Notes under the pieces: generated by a model
What the model was told of the DNA's origin: nothing
The model's input: only the letters and a program-made list of their open reading frames with translations
The model's database searches: none
Shown here: piece after piece, positions 46,249-55,701 of the stretch
Layout: each line of letters begins with the position of its first letter
Position numbering within the stretch: the stretch's first letter is position 1
Source of the DNA: an uncultured bacterium
GTDB taxonomy: Bacteria > Methylomirabilota > Methylomirabilia > Rokubacteriales > DASRDR01
NCBI GenBank assembly: GCA_964416315.1
Contig: CAYQDR010000003.1
Location: 46,031 to 110,030 of the forward strand
DNA: 64,000 nt
Direction of reading: 5' to 3'
Position numbers and translations under genes: made by a program

Positions 46249-46821
46249 TCACGCGCGTGTGATCAGGAGCGTCCAGTTCCGCCGCCGCGCCCAGCTCGCT
46301 TCGAACGCCGCGTAGGAGGCCACGCGGTAGGGCGTAGTCCCCGAGTGGAGGACGACGACGCCGGCCCGGTCGTCGTAGCCCAGGAGCACGGCGAAGTGCG
46401 GAACCGGGTAGCCCGGAAGGCCGAGGTCCTGGAAGACGATCAGCGGTCGGCCCCGCCGCAGCTCGTCCCGCACGCGGTCGAGGGTCCCCTGGAAGGCGCG
46501 CGCCTGGAAGCCGCGACGGCGCGCGTAGAACTCGAGGTCGAGGTTCAGCGTGCCCCGGATCGAGGGGAGGTAGATCTCCCGGGCGATCTCGTCGTGGTCC
46601 ACGGCCGCCCCGTAGAACCGGAGGACCATGGCCAGCGCGGCCGGGCCGCACTGGAACTCCTCCTGGGCGATGAAGGGGACGCCGGTGATCAGATGACCGT
46701 GGCCGGCCGCGACGTCGCGTCGCACGTCGTCGAGGCCCGGGCGCACGCAGGCCGCGGCGCCGAGGAGGATCGCGACCAGGAGCGCGCGGACGCGAGGATT
46801 CCCTTGAATCGCTCCGCGCAT
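46249..46821 (-). CDS. secreted C39-like (papain-fold) peptidase domain protein
   Basis: Signal peptide, QCGPAALAMVL catalytic Cys context, downstream His. Confidence 0.55.
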   Translation of the reverse strand: MRGAIQGNPRVRALLVAILLGAAACVRPGLDDVRRDVAAGHGHLITGVPFIAQEEFQCGPAALAMVLRFYGAAVDHDEIAREIYLPSIRGTLNLDLEFYARRRGFQARAFQGTLDRVRDELRRGRPLIVFQDLGLPGYPVPHFAVLLGYDDRAGVVVLHSGTTPYRVASYAAFEASWARRRNWTLLITRA

Positions 46822-46850
46822 CGCCCTTACTATAGCACCCGGGCCACGCC

Positions 46851-46967
46851 ATGGTCGGGCAGCGCGACGCCTATCTGTGCTGGGTCTGCGGTGCCGTGAT
46901 GCGGGAGATCAAGTGCAAGATCGTCTGCCCGCATTGCGGCTACATGCGGGATTGTTCTGACCCGTAG
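46851..46967 (+). CDS. 38-aa zinc-ribbon peptide
   Basis: MVGQRDAYLCWVCGAVMREIKCKIVCPHCGYMRDCSDP. Below the ORF-track size cutoff. Confidence 0.35.
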   Translation: MVGQRDAYLCWVCGAVMREIKCKIVCPHCGYMRDCSDP

Positions 46968-46995
46968 CGCCCGGGCCGACCACGGGCTCCGACCT

Positions 46996-47871
46996 GTGAC
47001 CATCGAGGATGCGCTGCGGCAGGCGCTCGTCGAGGCGCCGCAGGGGCGCGTCACGTTCCCGCGCGACCTCCGCGGCTTCCCCGACACGACCCACGGCGGC
47101 GCGGTGGCGGCCCTCTTCTACCGCACGACGACCCCGCGCGCGCCCGTCCACCTCCGGATGAGTCTCCTGCGCGGCGTCCCGACCGAGACGCCGCTGCGCC
47201 TGACGACCGGGAGCGTCGGCACGGAGGCGCGCCTCGCGCTCGCCCAGGACGACCGCCCGGTCGCCGAGGCGACGCTTTCCCGCGCCGCGGTGCCCGCGGT
47301 GGATCCGACGCCCGTCTTCGCCACGTGGCGGGCCGGGCGCGTCGCGCAGGGCGAGCTCCCCGGCACGAACACGTGCCTCGCCTGCGGCGGCCTGAACCCG
47401 CTCGGCCTCCAGGTGCGCTTCGCCTTCGACGACCGCTTTCTCTGGCGCGAGTACTCGCCGCGCGAGACGTACCGGGCCGCCGACGGCTCGCTCCACCCGG
47501 CGCTCGCGACGATCATGCTCGACGAGCTCGGGTGGTGGCTCGGCGCCCTCGCGCAGCAGGAGTGCGGCGTGACGACGGAGGTCGCGATCAGCGTCTACGA
47601 GCGGCTGCCGTTCGCGCCGCTCCTCGTCATCGGCGACCGCGCCGCCGCCCGGGCGGATGACGACGACCCGCGCGGTCGCTACTCCCGCGTCGGCGGGCTC
47701 TTGCTCACGCCCGCGGGCGATCTCCTCGCGGCGGCCGACGTCCGCTTCGCGGGGAGCCGCGCCTACACGAAGCGGCTGCTTCAGCCGTTCCTCGAAGCGA
47801 CCGACTCCGAGAGCCTCTTCCGGCTGTTTCCCAGTGCTCGGACCCTGACGGCGGCCGACCGCGCGCCCTGA
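46996..47871 (+). CDS. tandem hotdog-fold (PaaI-like thioesterase) protein
   Basis: Two hotdog repeats with an HGG-like motif TTHGGAVAALF. Confidence 0.55.
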   Translation: MTIEDALRQALVEAPQGRVTFPRDLRGFPDTTHGGAVAALFYRTTTPRAPVHLRMSLLRGVPTETPLRLTTGSVGTEARLALAQDDRPVAEATLSRAAVPAVDPTPVFATWRAGRVAQGELPGTNTCLACGGLNPLGLQVRFAFDDRFLWREYSPRETYRAADGSLHPALATIMLDELGWWLGALAQQECGVTTEVAISVYERLPFAPLLVIGDRAAARADDDDPRGRYSRVGGLLLTPAGDLLAAADVRFAGSRAYTKRLLQPFLEATDSESLFRLFPSARTLTAADRAP

Positions 47872-47953
47872 AAACGTCCGTCCGCGGACAGCAGATTTTT
47901 CCTTGCAAACTCGGGCGGATGCGGCGAAAATGACTGGCCGAGGCCCCCGGCTG

Positions 47954-48367
47954 ATGAAGAACATTATCGTCTATACCCGACATGTAAGGCCTCAGAATCT
48001 TTATCCGAAACGGATCATCTCCCCGCCGGCGCCCAACAAGTGCTGCGCCAGCCGGATGGAGGTGCTGGGCCGGCCGCGCGTCGATCCGCAGGGACGCCGA
48101 TTCTGCTATAAACGATGCAGAGTTTGCGGCTTCGCCCTCCGCTACTTCCTCGAGCCGGTGCCCTCCGTCTTCGTCTCCCCCACGGGCGAAGCCAAGGCCC
48201 GTAAGCCCGCGCCGGTAAAGGCGGCGAGCCCGATCCACCTCCCGGCGCGCCGGACCCGGCCCGCCCCACGCAAGCCGGCGCGGAGCCGTCACATCCGGCG
48301 GAAGCCGCCTGGCCGCCGGCCCCACGCCCGGGCCACCCGGCGCAGCGCCGCACGGCGCCGCCGGTAA
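47954..48367 (+). CDS. Cys-rich, highly basic small protein; AT-richer 5' part
   Basis: MKNIIVYTRHV...CCASR...CYKRCRVCG then an Arg/Lys/Pro-rich tail. Local GC is well below the window average. Confidence 0.35.
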   Translation: MKNIIVYTRHVRPQNLYPKRIISPPAPNKCCASRMEVLGRPRVDPQGRRFCYKRCRVCGFALRYFLEPVPSVFVSPTGEAKARKPAPVKAASPIHLPARRTRPAPRKPARSRHIRRKPPGRRPHARATRRSAARRRR

Positions 48368-48434
48368 GAGGGGCCGGCAGCCCCGATCCTCACCGGGGCC
48401 CGGCGCCGTCACCGAGCCGAGAGGAGGACTCGCC

Positions 48435-48533
48435 GTGCTGACCGAGTTCAAGAAGTTCTACTGCCTGTCGGTCATCCCCCTGAGAGCCACCCGGTGCGCG
48501 CACTGCACGGCCGAGGTGGCGGCGGCCCGCTAG
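48435..48533 (+). CDS. 32-aa Cys-containing peptide
   Basis: SD GAGAGGAGG 8 nt before GTG. MLTEFKKFYCLSVIPLRATRCAHCTAEVAAAR. Confidence 0.25.
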   Translation: MLTEFKKFYCLSVIPLRATRCAHCTAEVAAAR

Positions 48534-48637
48534 CTCCGGAGCCGCCGAGTGTCTTTCGCCGTGGGTCGCACATCACGTAGTCGGGATCGGGCAATCTTGT
48601 CGCTCCCCGGCGGGGAGCCGCGTTCAGGTGAAAGAGC

Positions 48638-51133
48638 ATGGACAAGCCGATCGAGTGGCACCTTTGGTCTGCCGAGCAGATCGTCGACGTGTTGCCTGAC
48701 CTCGTCCGTGAGGTGGAGTCCCGCCTCGCGGACTTCCCGGAGGAGCATCGGGAGAAGAACCGCGGCGCCGCAGAGTCGCTGACGGCCGCGCTTCCCACCC
48801 CGGCGCAGGTCCGCGACGCCTCGCGAAGCCGGGAGCTCGTGACGCTCGGCTTCGCCCTGGATGTCCTCGGGCGCCGCACCGCCCGCGACGGCGCACTCGA
48901 GTCGAGCCTCCGCCTCTTCCAGGCCGCGCACGAGCTCTTCCGCGGGGGGAATCCGCTGCTCCGCGCCACCAAGCCGATGCGGCAGACGCTCGGCAACGCG
49001 CTGAGAGCCCTCGTCGTCCACGACGTCGAGCGCCTCCGGGCGGGTGAAACCACCGCACGGGCGATCCGCGAGGGGCTCCTCACCTTCGTGACCTCCGCCT
49101 GGGGCGCCGTGCCGCCACAGCTCGCGCTCGGGATCAACGAGCTGACCCTCGGGGAGCTCGAGCGCGTCCGCGCGGCCGCCGAGTCCGACCCGGGCCTCCA
49201 CGAGCGGGTCGTGCGCGACAACTTCGAAACGGTCCTCGCGATGGAGCTCCCGACCCGGCTCGAAGCCCTCCGCAAGGAGTGGGAGACGCTGGGCGCCCAG
49301 ATCGCCCCGGAGGCCGCGCGCCGGGCGCAGCGCGCGCTGCGCCGGGCCGAGCCCCTCTCGACCCTGCTCCCCCCGAGCGCCTGGACGGAGATCCAGCAGG
49401 CTGTGGAGCGGGGCGACGCCGAGGCGCTCGGCCACACGCTCGCCGAGATGGAAGACGTGCTCGAGGCGAACCTGCGGCTCCGCCTCGACGCGAAGGCGGA
49501 GTACCGCGAGCCCGTCTCGGAGGTCCGGCTCACCGGGGGGCCGGACCCGGCGTTCGTGGAGGCCCGCGGGTTGCTGCTCCGTCGCGACCCGGAGGCCCTC
49601 GACCGCTTCAACAACATCCACTACCGCCGGAGCGCCAACACGATCGCCAAGGAGTGGTACGCGTACGCCCTGAGTGTCTTCGGCCGACCGACCGACATCC
49701 ACGACATCATCGAGCTCCTCGAGGAGGCGATCGCCTCCGAGCACTACCGGCTGGAGCGCGGCTGGACGGCCCGCTGGAATCTCGCCTGCGCGCTGCGCCG
49801 GCTGCCGTCCCGCGCGGGCGAGGCGCTCGACGTGCTCCTCCCCGTGCTGGACCAGGACGCCCACCCGGCCGAGGCCTTCGAGCTCTGCCTCCTCTGGGCG
49901 CTCGAGCAGAACCGGCAGGACGTCCTCGCCGGCCTCTTCCTCCGGGCGCGCTACCACGAGGCCCACCTGCTCGCGGCGCTGCAGGACGCCGAGACCCTCG
50001 ACGACCGGAGCGCGCCCTCGGCCTTCCGGGACCACTTCCGGCGGCTCAACCGGATCCTGCGGGACCCCGATCGGATCTTTCCCGACCCGAAGGAGCGGCT
50101 GACCTTCAACGAGCTCGACCAGCTCATCCGGGACTTCATCGAGGCCTCGCTCGTGGCGGCCGGCGTCGAGTGGTTTCGCCAGCGGGTCTCCTACGGGCAC
50201 GAGCGCGGCGTGTTCAAGAACTGGGAGTGCGCGGCCAGCCTCCATGAGGCGGCCGGGGACCTCGCCGCCGCCTGGCGCTGCCGGCAGCAGAGCTGGCGCG
50301 CCACCCAGCACAAGAAGAACGTGGACCCGCGGAAGAAGGCGCAGGTGCTCCGCGGGCTCCTCGTCTGGGCGCAGCGCAACGGCTTCCGGGAGGATGCGCT
50401 CCGGCTGCTCAAGCAGAGCTGGCGGGACACGAGCATGACCGACGCCGACGCCCGCGTCTGGGAACAGCGGCTCGGCGCCGCCGGTCCCGGCGGCGAGCCG
50501 GCGCGCGACGCCAACGCCGAGGTCGCGCGGCCCACGGCGCCGGGCGCCGCCGGCGCGCGCCTGCGACCCCCCGGGACCCCGCGCGACGACGCGCGCCGCC
50601 GGCCGCTCGCCCTCATGCTCGACTGGGAGAACGTCAAGATCAGCCTCGCCGAGCTGCTCGACGAGATGCCCGAGGCGCGGGCGCAGGTGCTCCGCCCGCG
50701 GCTCGCGGGGGCGGAGCTCGCCGGGCGGCTCCTCGACGCCGCCTGGCGCCACGGGTGGCCGCGCGAGCGGTGGGCCGTGGCCGACTGGGATCGGCCGTTC
50801 TTCGAGGGAGACCAGAAGGCGGTCAAGGCCGCGCGGTACGCCCCCGACATCGCCGGCCGGGAGAAGTTCAACTCGTCCGACCACGTGCTACGCGAGAAGA
50901 TCCATCTCGTCCTGCGGGAGCACCCGGACATCCAGGTCTACGTCGTCGGGACCGGGGACGCCGACTTCCACGAGGCGATCCGGACGCTCCAGCAGGAGGG
51001 CAAGCAGGTGATCCTCTGGGCGACCCGGCGCGCCATCAGCGAGGTCTACGGCGAGAGCCTCAAGGGGCCCGACCGGATCCAGATCGAGTGGCTGGAGGAC
51101 CTGGTGTTCGGGGAGGACGCGATCCAAGGCTGA
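48638..51133 (+). CDS. large helical protein with C-terminal NYN/LabA-like (PIN-related) nuclease domain
   Basis: C-terminal MLDWENVKISL...IQVYVVGTGDADFHEAIRTLQQEGKQVILWA matches the NYN pattern (D..N...SGDsDF...G..V). Confidence 0.55.
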   Translation: MDKPIEWHLWSAEQIVDVLPDLVREVESRLADFPEEHREKNRGAAESLTAALPTPAQVRDASRSRELVTLGFALDVLGRRTARDGALESSLRLFQAAHELFRGGNPLLRATKPMRQTLGNALRALVVHDVERLRAGETTARAIREGLLTFVTSAWGAVPPQLALGINELTLGELERVRAAAESDPGLHERVVRDNFETVLAMELPTRLEALRKEWETLGAQIAPEAARRAQRALRRAEPLSTLLPPSAWTEIQQAVERGDAEALGHTLAEMEDVLEANLRLRLDAKAEYREPVSEVRLTGGPDPAFVEARGLLLRRDPEALDRFNNIHYRRSANTIAKEWYAYALSVFGRPTDIHDIIELLEEAIASEHYRLERGWTARWNLACALRRLPSRAGEALDVLLPVLDQDAHPAEAFELCLLWALEQNRQDVLAGLFLRARYHEAHLLAALQDAETLDDRSAPSAFRDHFRRLNRILRDPDRIFPDPKERLTFNELDQLIRDFIEASLVAAGVEWFRQRVSYGHERGVFKNWECAASLHEAAGDLAAAWRCRQQSWRATQHKKNVDPRKKAQVLRGLLVWAQRNGFREDALRLLKQSWRDTSMTDADARVWEQRLGAAGPGGEPARDANAEVARPTAPGAAGARLRPPGTPRDDARRRPLALMLDWENVKISLAELLDEMPEARAQVLRPRLAGAELAGRLLDAAWRHGWPRERWAVADWDRPFFEGDQKAVKAARYAPDIAGREKFNSSDHVLREKIHLVLREHPDIQVYVVGTGDADFHEAIRTLQQEGKQVILWATRRAISEVYGESLKGPDRIQIEWLEDLVFGEDAIQG

Positions 51134-51149
51134 GGGGGACTCGCCCCTG

Positions 51150-54100
51150 ATGCGCTGCCCGCACTGCCAGCACGAGAACGCGGCGGAGGCCCGCTTCTGC
51201 AACGCCTGCGGCGCGCGCCTCGAGGGGGTCTGCCCGGCGTGCAGCCACGCGAACGCGCCCGGGAGCCGCTTCTGCAACCAGTGCGGGCAGGCCCTCGCAC
51301 CGGCCGCGCCGGCAGCCCCGCCGACCTCCGCCGCCCCGCGCTTCGCCTCCCCGCAGACCTACACCCCGCAGCACCTCGCCGAGAAGATCCTGAGCTCGAA
51401 GGGCGCCCTCGAGGGCGAGCGCAAGCAGGTCACCGTCCTCTTCGCCGACCTCAAGGGCTCGCTCGAGCTCCTCGCCGACCGCGACCCCGAGGACGCCCGG
51501 GCCCTCCTCGATCCGGTGCTGAAGCGCATGATGGAGGCCGTCCACCGCTACGAGGGGACGGTCAACCAGATCATGGGTGACGGGATCATGGCGCTCTTCG
51601 GCGCGCCGGTCGCCCACGAGGACCACGCCGTCCGGGCCTGCTACGCGGCGCTCCGGATGCAGGAGAGCGTCAGCCGCTACGGCGATGAGGTGCAGCGCAC
51701 ATACGGCGTCCCCATCCAGATCCGCGTCGGGCTCAACTCGGGCGAGGTCGTCGTCCGCGCGATCGGCTCGGACCTCCACATGGACTACACGGCTGTCGGA
51801 CAAACGACCCACCTCGCCGCCCGGATGGAGCAGATGGCGAAGCCCGGCTCGGTGCTCATCACGGCCGACACGCAGAAGCTCGCCGAAGGGTACGTCCAGG
51901 TGAGACCCCTCGGGCCGGTTCCCGTGAAGGGGCTGGACGCGCCCATCGACGTCTGGGAGCTCGTCGGGGCCCAGCCCGTGCGCTCGCGCCTGCAGGCCGC
52001 GGCCCCGCGGGGGCTCACCCCGTTCGTCGGCCGCGAGGTCGAGATGGCCGAGCTCCGTCGGGGCCTCGCCCGGGCGCGTACGGGCCACGGCCAGGTGGTC
52101 ACGCTCGTGGGCGGCCCGGGAGTCGGCAAGACGCGGCTCTTCTACGAGTTCACGCGCCAGGCAAGGGCCGACGGCTGCCTCATCCTCGAGGGGAGCGCGG
52201 CCTCGTACCTCGCCGCGACGCCCTACCAGCCGCTGATCGACCTCCTGAAGGCGTACTTCGAGATCGAGGAGCAGGACACGCCGCAGACCGTCCTCGACCG
52301 CGTCACGGCCCGCGTCCTCGCGCTGGACGAGCGGCTCCGGGACGCGGTCGCGCCGATCCTCTGGCTCTTCGACGTCCTCCCCGAGAGCGACCCGCTCCGC
52401 GCGCTCGAGCCGCCGCAGCGCCGCGCCCGCACCCTCGACGCGCTCAAGCACCTCCTGCTCCGCCAGAGCCGCGAGCAGCCGCTCCTCCTCGTCCTCGAGA
52501 ACCTCCACTGGCTCGACACGGAGACCCAGGCGCTCCTGGACACCCTGATCGAGAGCCTCCCCGCCAGCCGCATCCTGCTCCTCGTGAGCTACCGGCCCGA
52601 GTACCAGCACGCGTGGGGGAGCCGGAGCTACTACACGCAGCTCCCGGTCGAGCCCCTGCCGCCCCCGAGCACGGCCGCGCTCCTCCGGGCGCTCCTCGGG
52701 GACGATCCGGGCCTCGAGCCCCTCAAGCGCCTCCTCGCCGAGCGGACCGAGGGGCACCCGTTCTTCCTGGAGGAGAGCGTCCGTCGCCTCGTCGAGACGC
52801 GCGCGCTCACGGGGAGCCCCGGCGCCTATCGCCCGGCGAAGCCGCTCGGGGCCGTCCAGGTCCCGGCCACGGTCCAGGCCGTCGTCGCCGCGCGCATCGA
52901 CCGGCTCCCCCCCGACGAGAAGCGCCTGCTCCAGGCGGCGTCCGTCATCGGCAAGGACGTGCCGTTCGCGCTGCTCCAGGCGATCGGGGAGCTCCCCGAC
53001 GACGAGCTGCGCCGGAGCCTCGGGCACCTCCAGGCCGCCGAGTTCCTGCACGAGACGAGCCTCTTCCCCGACCTCGAGTACACGTTCAAGCACGCCCTCA
53101 CCCACGACGTGGCCTACGGCTCCCTCCTCCACGACCGACGGCGCGCGCTCCACGCCCGGATCGTCGCCGCCATGGAGTCCCTCGACGGGAGCCGGCTGGG
53201 CGAGCAGGCGGACCGGCTCGCGCACCACGCGCTCCAGGGGGAGCTGTGGGAGAAGGCGGTGGCCTATTTCCGGCAGGCGGGCGCCCGCGCCGCCGAGCGC
53301 TCGGCGAGCCAGGAGGCGGTGGCGCGCTACGAGCAGGCGCTGGCCGCGCTCGGCCGGCTGCCCGAGACGCCCGCGCGCGTGGCCCTCGGGATCGACCTCC
53401 GCTTCGAGCTGCGCCCGCTCCTGGTACGGCTGGGCCGGCTGCAGGAGCTGCTCTCCCTCTCCCACGAGGCCGAGCGCATGGCCCGCCAGATCGGGGACGA
53501 GGCGCGGCTGGCGAGCGGCTACACCTACCTGATCAACTACCACTACCTGAAGGGCGAGCCGGACCGCGCGCTGGAGTACGGCGAGCGCTGCCTCCAGATC
53601 GGCGAGGCGCGGAACGACCTCGCGCTCCAGGCCCTCGCGCGCCGCTACATGGGGCACAGCTACCACGCGCAGGGGCGCTACCGGCTCGCGGAAGACGTCC
53701 TGCGCCAGAACATCGAGGCGCTCGAGGTCGCGGGCGACGGGGCCCTCGCATCCCAGGACGAGCTCTCCTACGTCGGCTCCTGCGCCTGGCTCGCCTTCAG
53801 CCTGGCGGAGCGAGGCGAGTTCAACCAGGCCCAGGGATACCTCGCGAAGGCGCAACGCGCGGCCGATCAGACCCACCACGCCTACAGCCAGGCGATCGCC
53901 TGGACGCTGGCGGGGATCGTCTGGGCACGCCGCGGCCACCTCGAGGGGGCGGTGCCCCTCCTCGACCGGAGCCTCGAGACCTGCCGCGACAAGCACCTGC
54001 CCGTCTGGCAGCCGATCCCTTCGGCGTGCCTCGGGCTCACGCTCGCGCAGCTCGGGCGTGTCGCCGAGGGGCTCCCGCTCCTCGAGGAGGGCGTGCGGCA

Positions 54101-54752
54101 GAGCGAGGCGCTCGGCATCCGGGCCTACCTCGCACTCTGGACCGCGCAGCTCGGCGAGGGGTTGCTCCACGCCCGCGACGTCGAGCGCGCGCGGGCCACC
54201 GCAGAGCAGGCGCTCGCGCTCGCCCGCGCGCACGGAGAGCGCGGGCACGAGGCCTGGGCGCTCCGGCTCCTCGGCGACGTCCTCGCCCAGTGCGACCCGC
54301 CGGCCATCACCGAGGCCGAGGGCTACTACCACCAAGCCCTCGAGCTCGCCGAGGAGCTCGGGATGCGCCCGCTCCTGGCTCGCGCCTGCCTCGGGCTCGG
54401 CCGGCTCCACCGCCGCGCCGGGAACTCCGGGGCCGCCCAGGAGCCCCTCACGACCGCGATGACGCTCCTCTGCGAGATGGACATGCGGGCCTGGGTCGAA
54501 CAGGCCTGGCCGGAGCTGAAGGAGCTGGGGCGGCTCCTGATCGTGGCCCAGGACCGGCGGAGCCTTTACGACTACCTCACGCAGATGTTCGGGGGGAACG
54601 GGGAGGTCGTGGTCGTCCTCGACCGCCGGCACGGCGAGCGGCGCCAGCGCGCCGAGCCCTCGGCCCCGGACCAGCGACGGAGCGACCGCCGCGCCCAGCC
54701 GCTCCCGGGAGACTTCCCCGCGCGCGGCCTCGTCATCATTGCCAAGCGCTGA
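51150..54752 (+). CDS. double zinc ribbon, class III adenylate/guanylate cyclase, AAA/STAND NTPase, TPR protein
   Basis: CPHC..CNACG / CPACS..CNQCG ribbons. Cyclase motifs VTVLFADLKGS and MGDGIMALFG. Walker A GGPGVGKT. Long TPR array. Confidence 0.85.
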   Translation: MRCPHCQHENAAEARFCNACGARLEGVCPACSHANAPGSRFCNQCGQALAPAAPAAPPTSAAPRFASPQTYTPQHLAEKILSSKGALEGERKQVTVLFADLKGSLELLADRDPEDARALLDPVLKRMMEAVHRYEGTVNQIMGDGIMALFGAPVAHEDHAVRACYAALRMQESVSRYGDEVQRTYGVPIQIRVGLNSGEVVVRAIGSDLHMDYTAVGQTTHLAARMEQMAKPGSVLITADTQKLAEGYVQVRPLGPVPVKGLDAPIDVWELVGAQPVRSRLQAAAPRGLTPFVGREVEMAELRRGLARARTGHGQVVTLVGGPGVGKTRLFYEFTRQARADGCLILEGSAASYLAATPYQPLIDLLKAYFEIEEQDTPQTVLDRVTARVLALDERLRDAVAPILWLFDVLPESDPLRALEPPQRRARTLDALKHLLLRQSREQPLLLVLENLHWLDTETQALLDTLIESLPASRILLLVSYRPEYQHAWGSRSYYTQLPVEPLPPPSTAALLRALLGDDPGLEPLKRLLAERTEGHPFFLEESVRRLVETRALTGSPGAYRPAKPLGAVQVPATVQAVVAARIDRLPPDEKRLLQAASVIGKDVPFALLQAIGELPDDELRRSLGHLQAAEFLHETSLFPDLEYTFKHALTHDVAYGSLLHDRRRALHARIVAAMESLDGSRLGEQADRLAHHALQGELWEKAVAYFRQAGARAAERSASQEAVARYEQALAALGRLPETPARVALGIDLRFELRPLLVRLGRLQELLSLSHEAERMARQIGDEARLASGYTYLINYHYLKGEPDRALEYGERCLQIGEARNDLALQALARRYMGHSYHAQGRYRLAEDVLRQNIEALEVAGDGALASQDELSYVGSCAWLAFSLAERGEFNQAQGYLAKAQRAADQTHHAYSQAIAWTLAGIVWARRGHLEGAVPLLDRSLETCRDKHLPVWQPIPSACLGLTLAQLGRVAEGLPLLEEGVRQSEALGIRAYLALWTAQLGEGLLHARDVERARATAEQALALARAHGERGHEAWALRLLGDVLAQCDPPAITEAEGYYHQALELAEELGMRPLLARACLGLGRLHRRAGNSGAAQEPLTTAMTLLCEMDMRAWVEQAWPELKELGRLLIVAQDRRSLYDYLTQMFGGNGEVVVVLDRRHGERRQRAEPSAPDQRRSDRRAQPLPGDFPARGLVIIAKR

Positions 54753-54880
54753 GCAACCGGTCCGAGCCCGCGAGATTCCGACCGCCCTCGGCAAGCCCAT
54801 CGGGACCTACCGGGGCGCGGCGCCCGGCTTCTTGGCGAGACAGTTTGACAAAGTAACCACCGGTGACTACAATGCCGCCG

Positions 54881-55186
54881 ATGGCCAAGGCCGTTGGAGT
54901 CAGGCAGCTCAAGGCGCGGCTCTCCGAGTACCTCCGCCTGGTGCGGGCCGGGGAGACCGTGCTCGTGACCGACCGCGACGAGGTGATCGCCGAGTTGCGG
55001 CCCGCACGGCGTCAGGGGCGCCCGCTCGATGCGCTCGAGGAGATCCTCGACACCCTGGCGGACGCCGGTGAGGTCACGCGGGCGAGCCTCCCCAAGGGTG
55101 GCTGGACCTGGAAGGTCCCCGGGCTCGGGCTCGCGCCGGGCACGGCGCGCGTGCTGATCGACGAGTTGAGGGCCGAGCGGGGGTGA
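54881..55186 (+). CDS. vapB: VapB/Phd-type antitoxin
   Basis: LKARLSEYLRLVRAGETVLVTDRDEVIAEL matches the Phd/YefM-type antitoxin. Overlaps the PIN gene start. Confidence 0.6.
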   Translation: MAKAVGVRQLKARLSEYLRLVRAGETVLVTDRDEVIAELRPARRQGRPLDALEEILDTLADAGEVTRASLPKGGWTWKVPGLGLAPGTARVLIDELRAERG

Positions 55187-55602
55187 GCGCGGCGGCCGGC
55201 AGCCTGTACCTCGATACCTCCGCCGTCCTTCGGGCCGTGCTCGAGAGCGGCACGACCCCGGAGGTCGAAGCCCGCGTCCGGGACGCCCCCGTGCTGATCA
55301 CCTCGCGCCTGGCCCTGGTGGAATCGGCACGCGCCCTCCACCGGTTGCGGCTCGGGGGGCGCGTCCCTGAGGCGCGGCTCGCGGATGCCGAGCAGGCCCT
55401 AGCGGCGGTGTGGGCGCGCTGTGAGCTGTGGGAGCTGACGCCGGCCGTCTGCGAGACGGCCCGCCACGTGGCCCCCGGCATCCCGCTGCGCACACTCGAC
55501 GCCCTCCACCTCGCGACGTACCTGCTGGCGCGGCGCCGCATCGAGGCGCTCGAGCTACTCACCGTCGACGACCGTCTCAGAGCTGCAGTCCAAGGCGCCT
55601 GA
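55183..55602 (+). CDS. vapC: VapC PIN-domain toxin
   Basis: LYLDTSAV N-terminal Asp, PIN acidic residues and a C-terminal DxxL block. Confidence 0.7.
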   Translation: MSAAAGSLYLDTSAVLRAVLESGTTPEVEARVRDAPVLITSRLALVESARALHRLRLGGRVPEARLADAEQALAAVWARCELWELTPAVCETARHVAPGIPLRTLDALHLATYLLARRRIEALELLTVDDRLRAAVQGA

Positions 55603-55701
55603 CCGCTCAGGTCACTCCTGGTCGGGGCGAAACCGCACGCACTCAGGGTTACAAGTTCCGCGTCGAGCGCGAGCGCGAACAGCTCGTCAGCTCGCCTCCC
55701 C

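Noticed and set aside
51060-54800. 1246-aa ORF antisense to the cyclase/AAA/TPR gene
   Set aside because: Low-complexity antisense artefact. The plus-strand gene has zinc ribbons, cyclase motifs, Walker A and TPRs.
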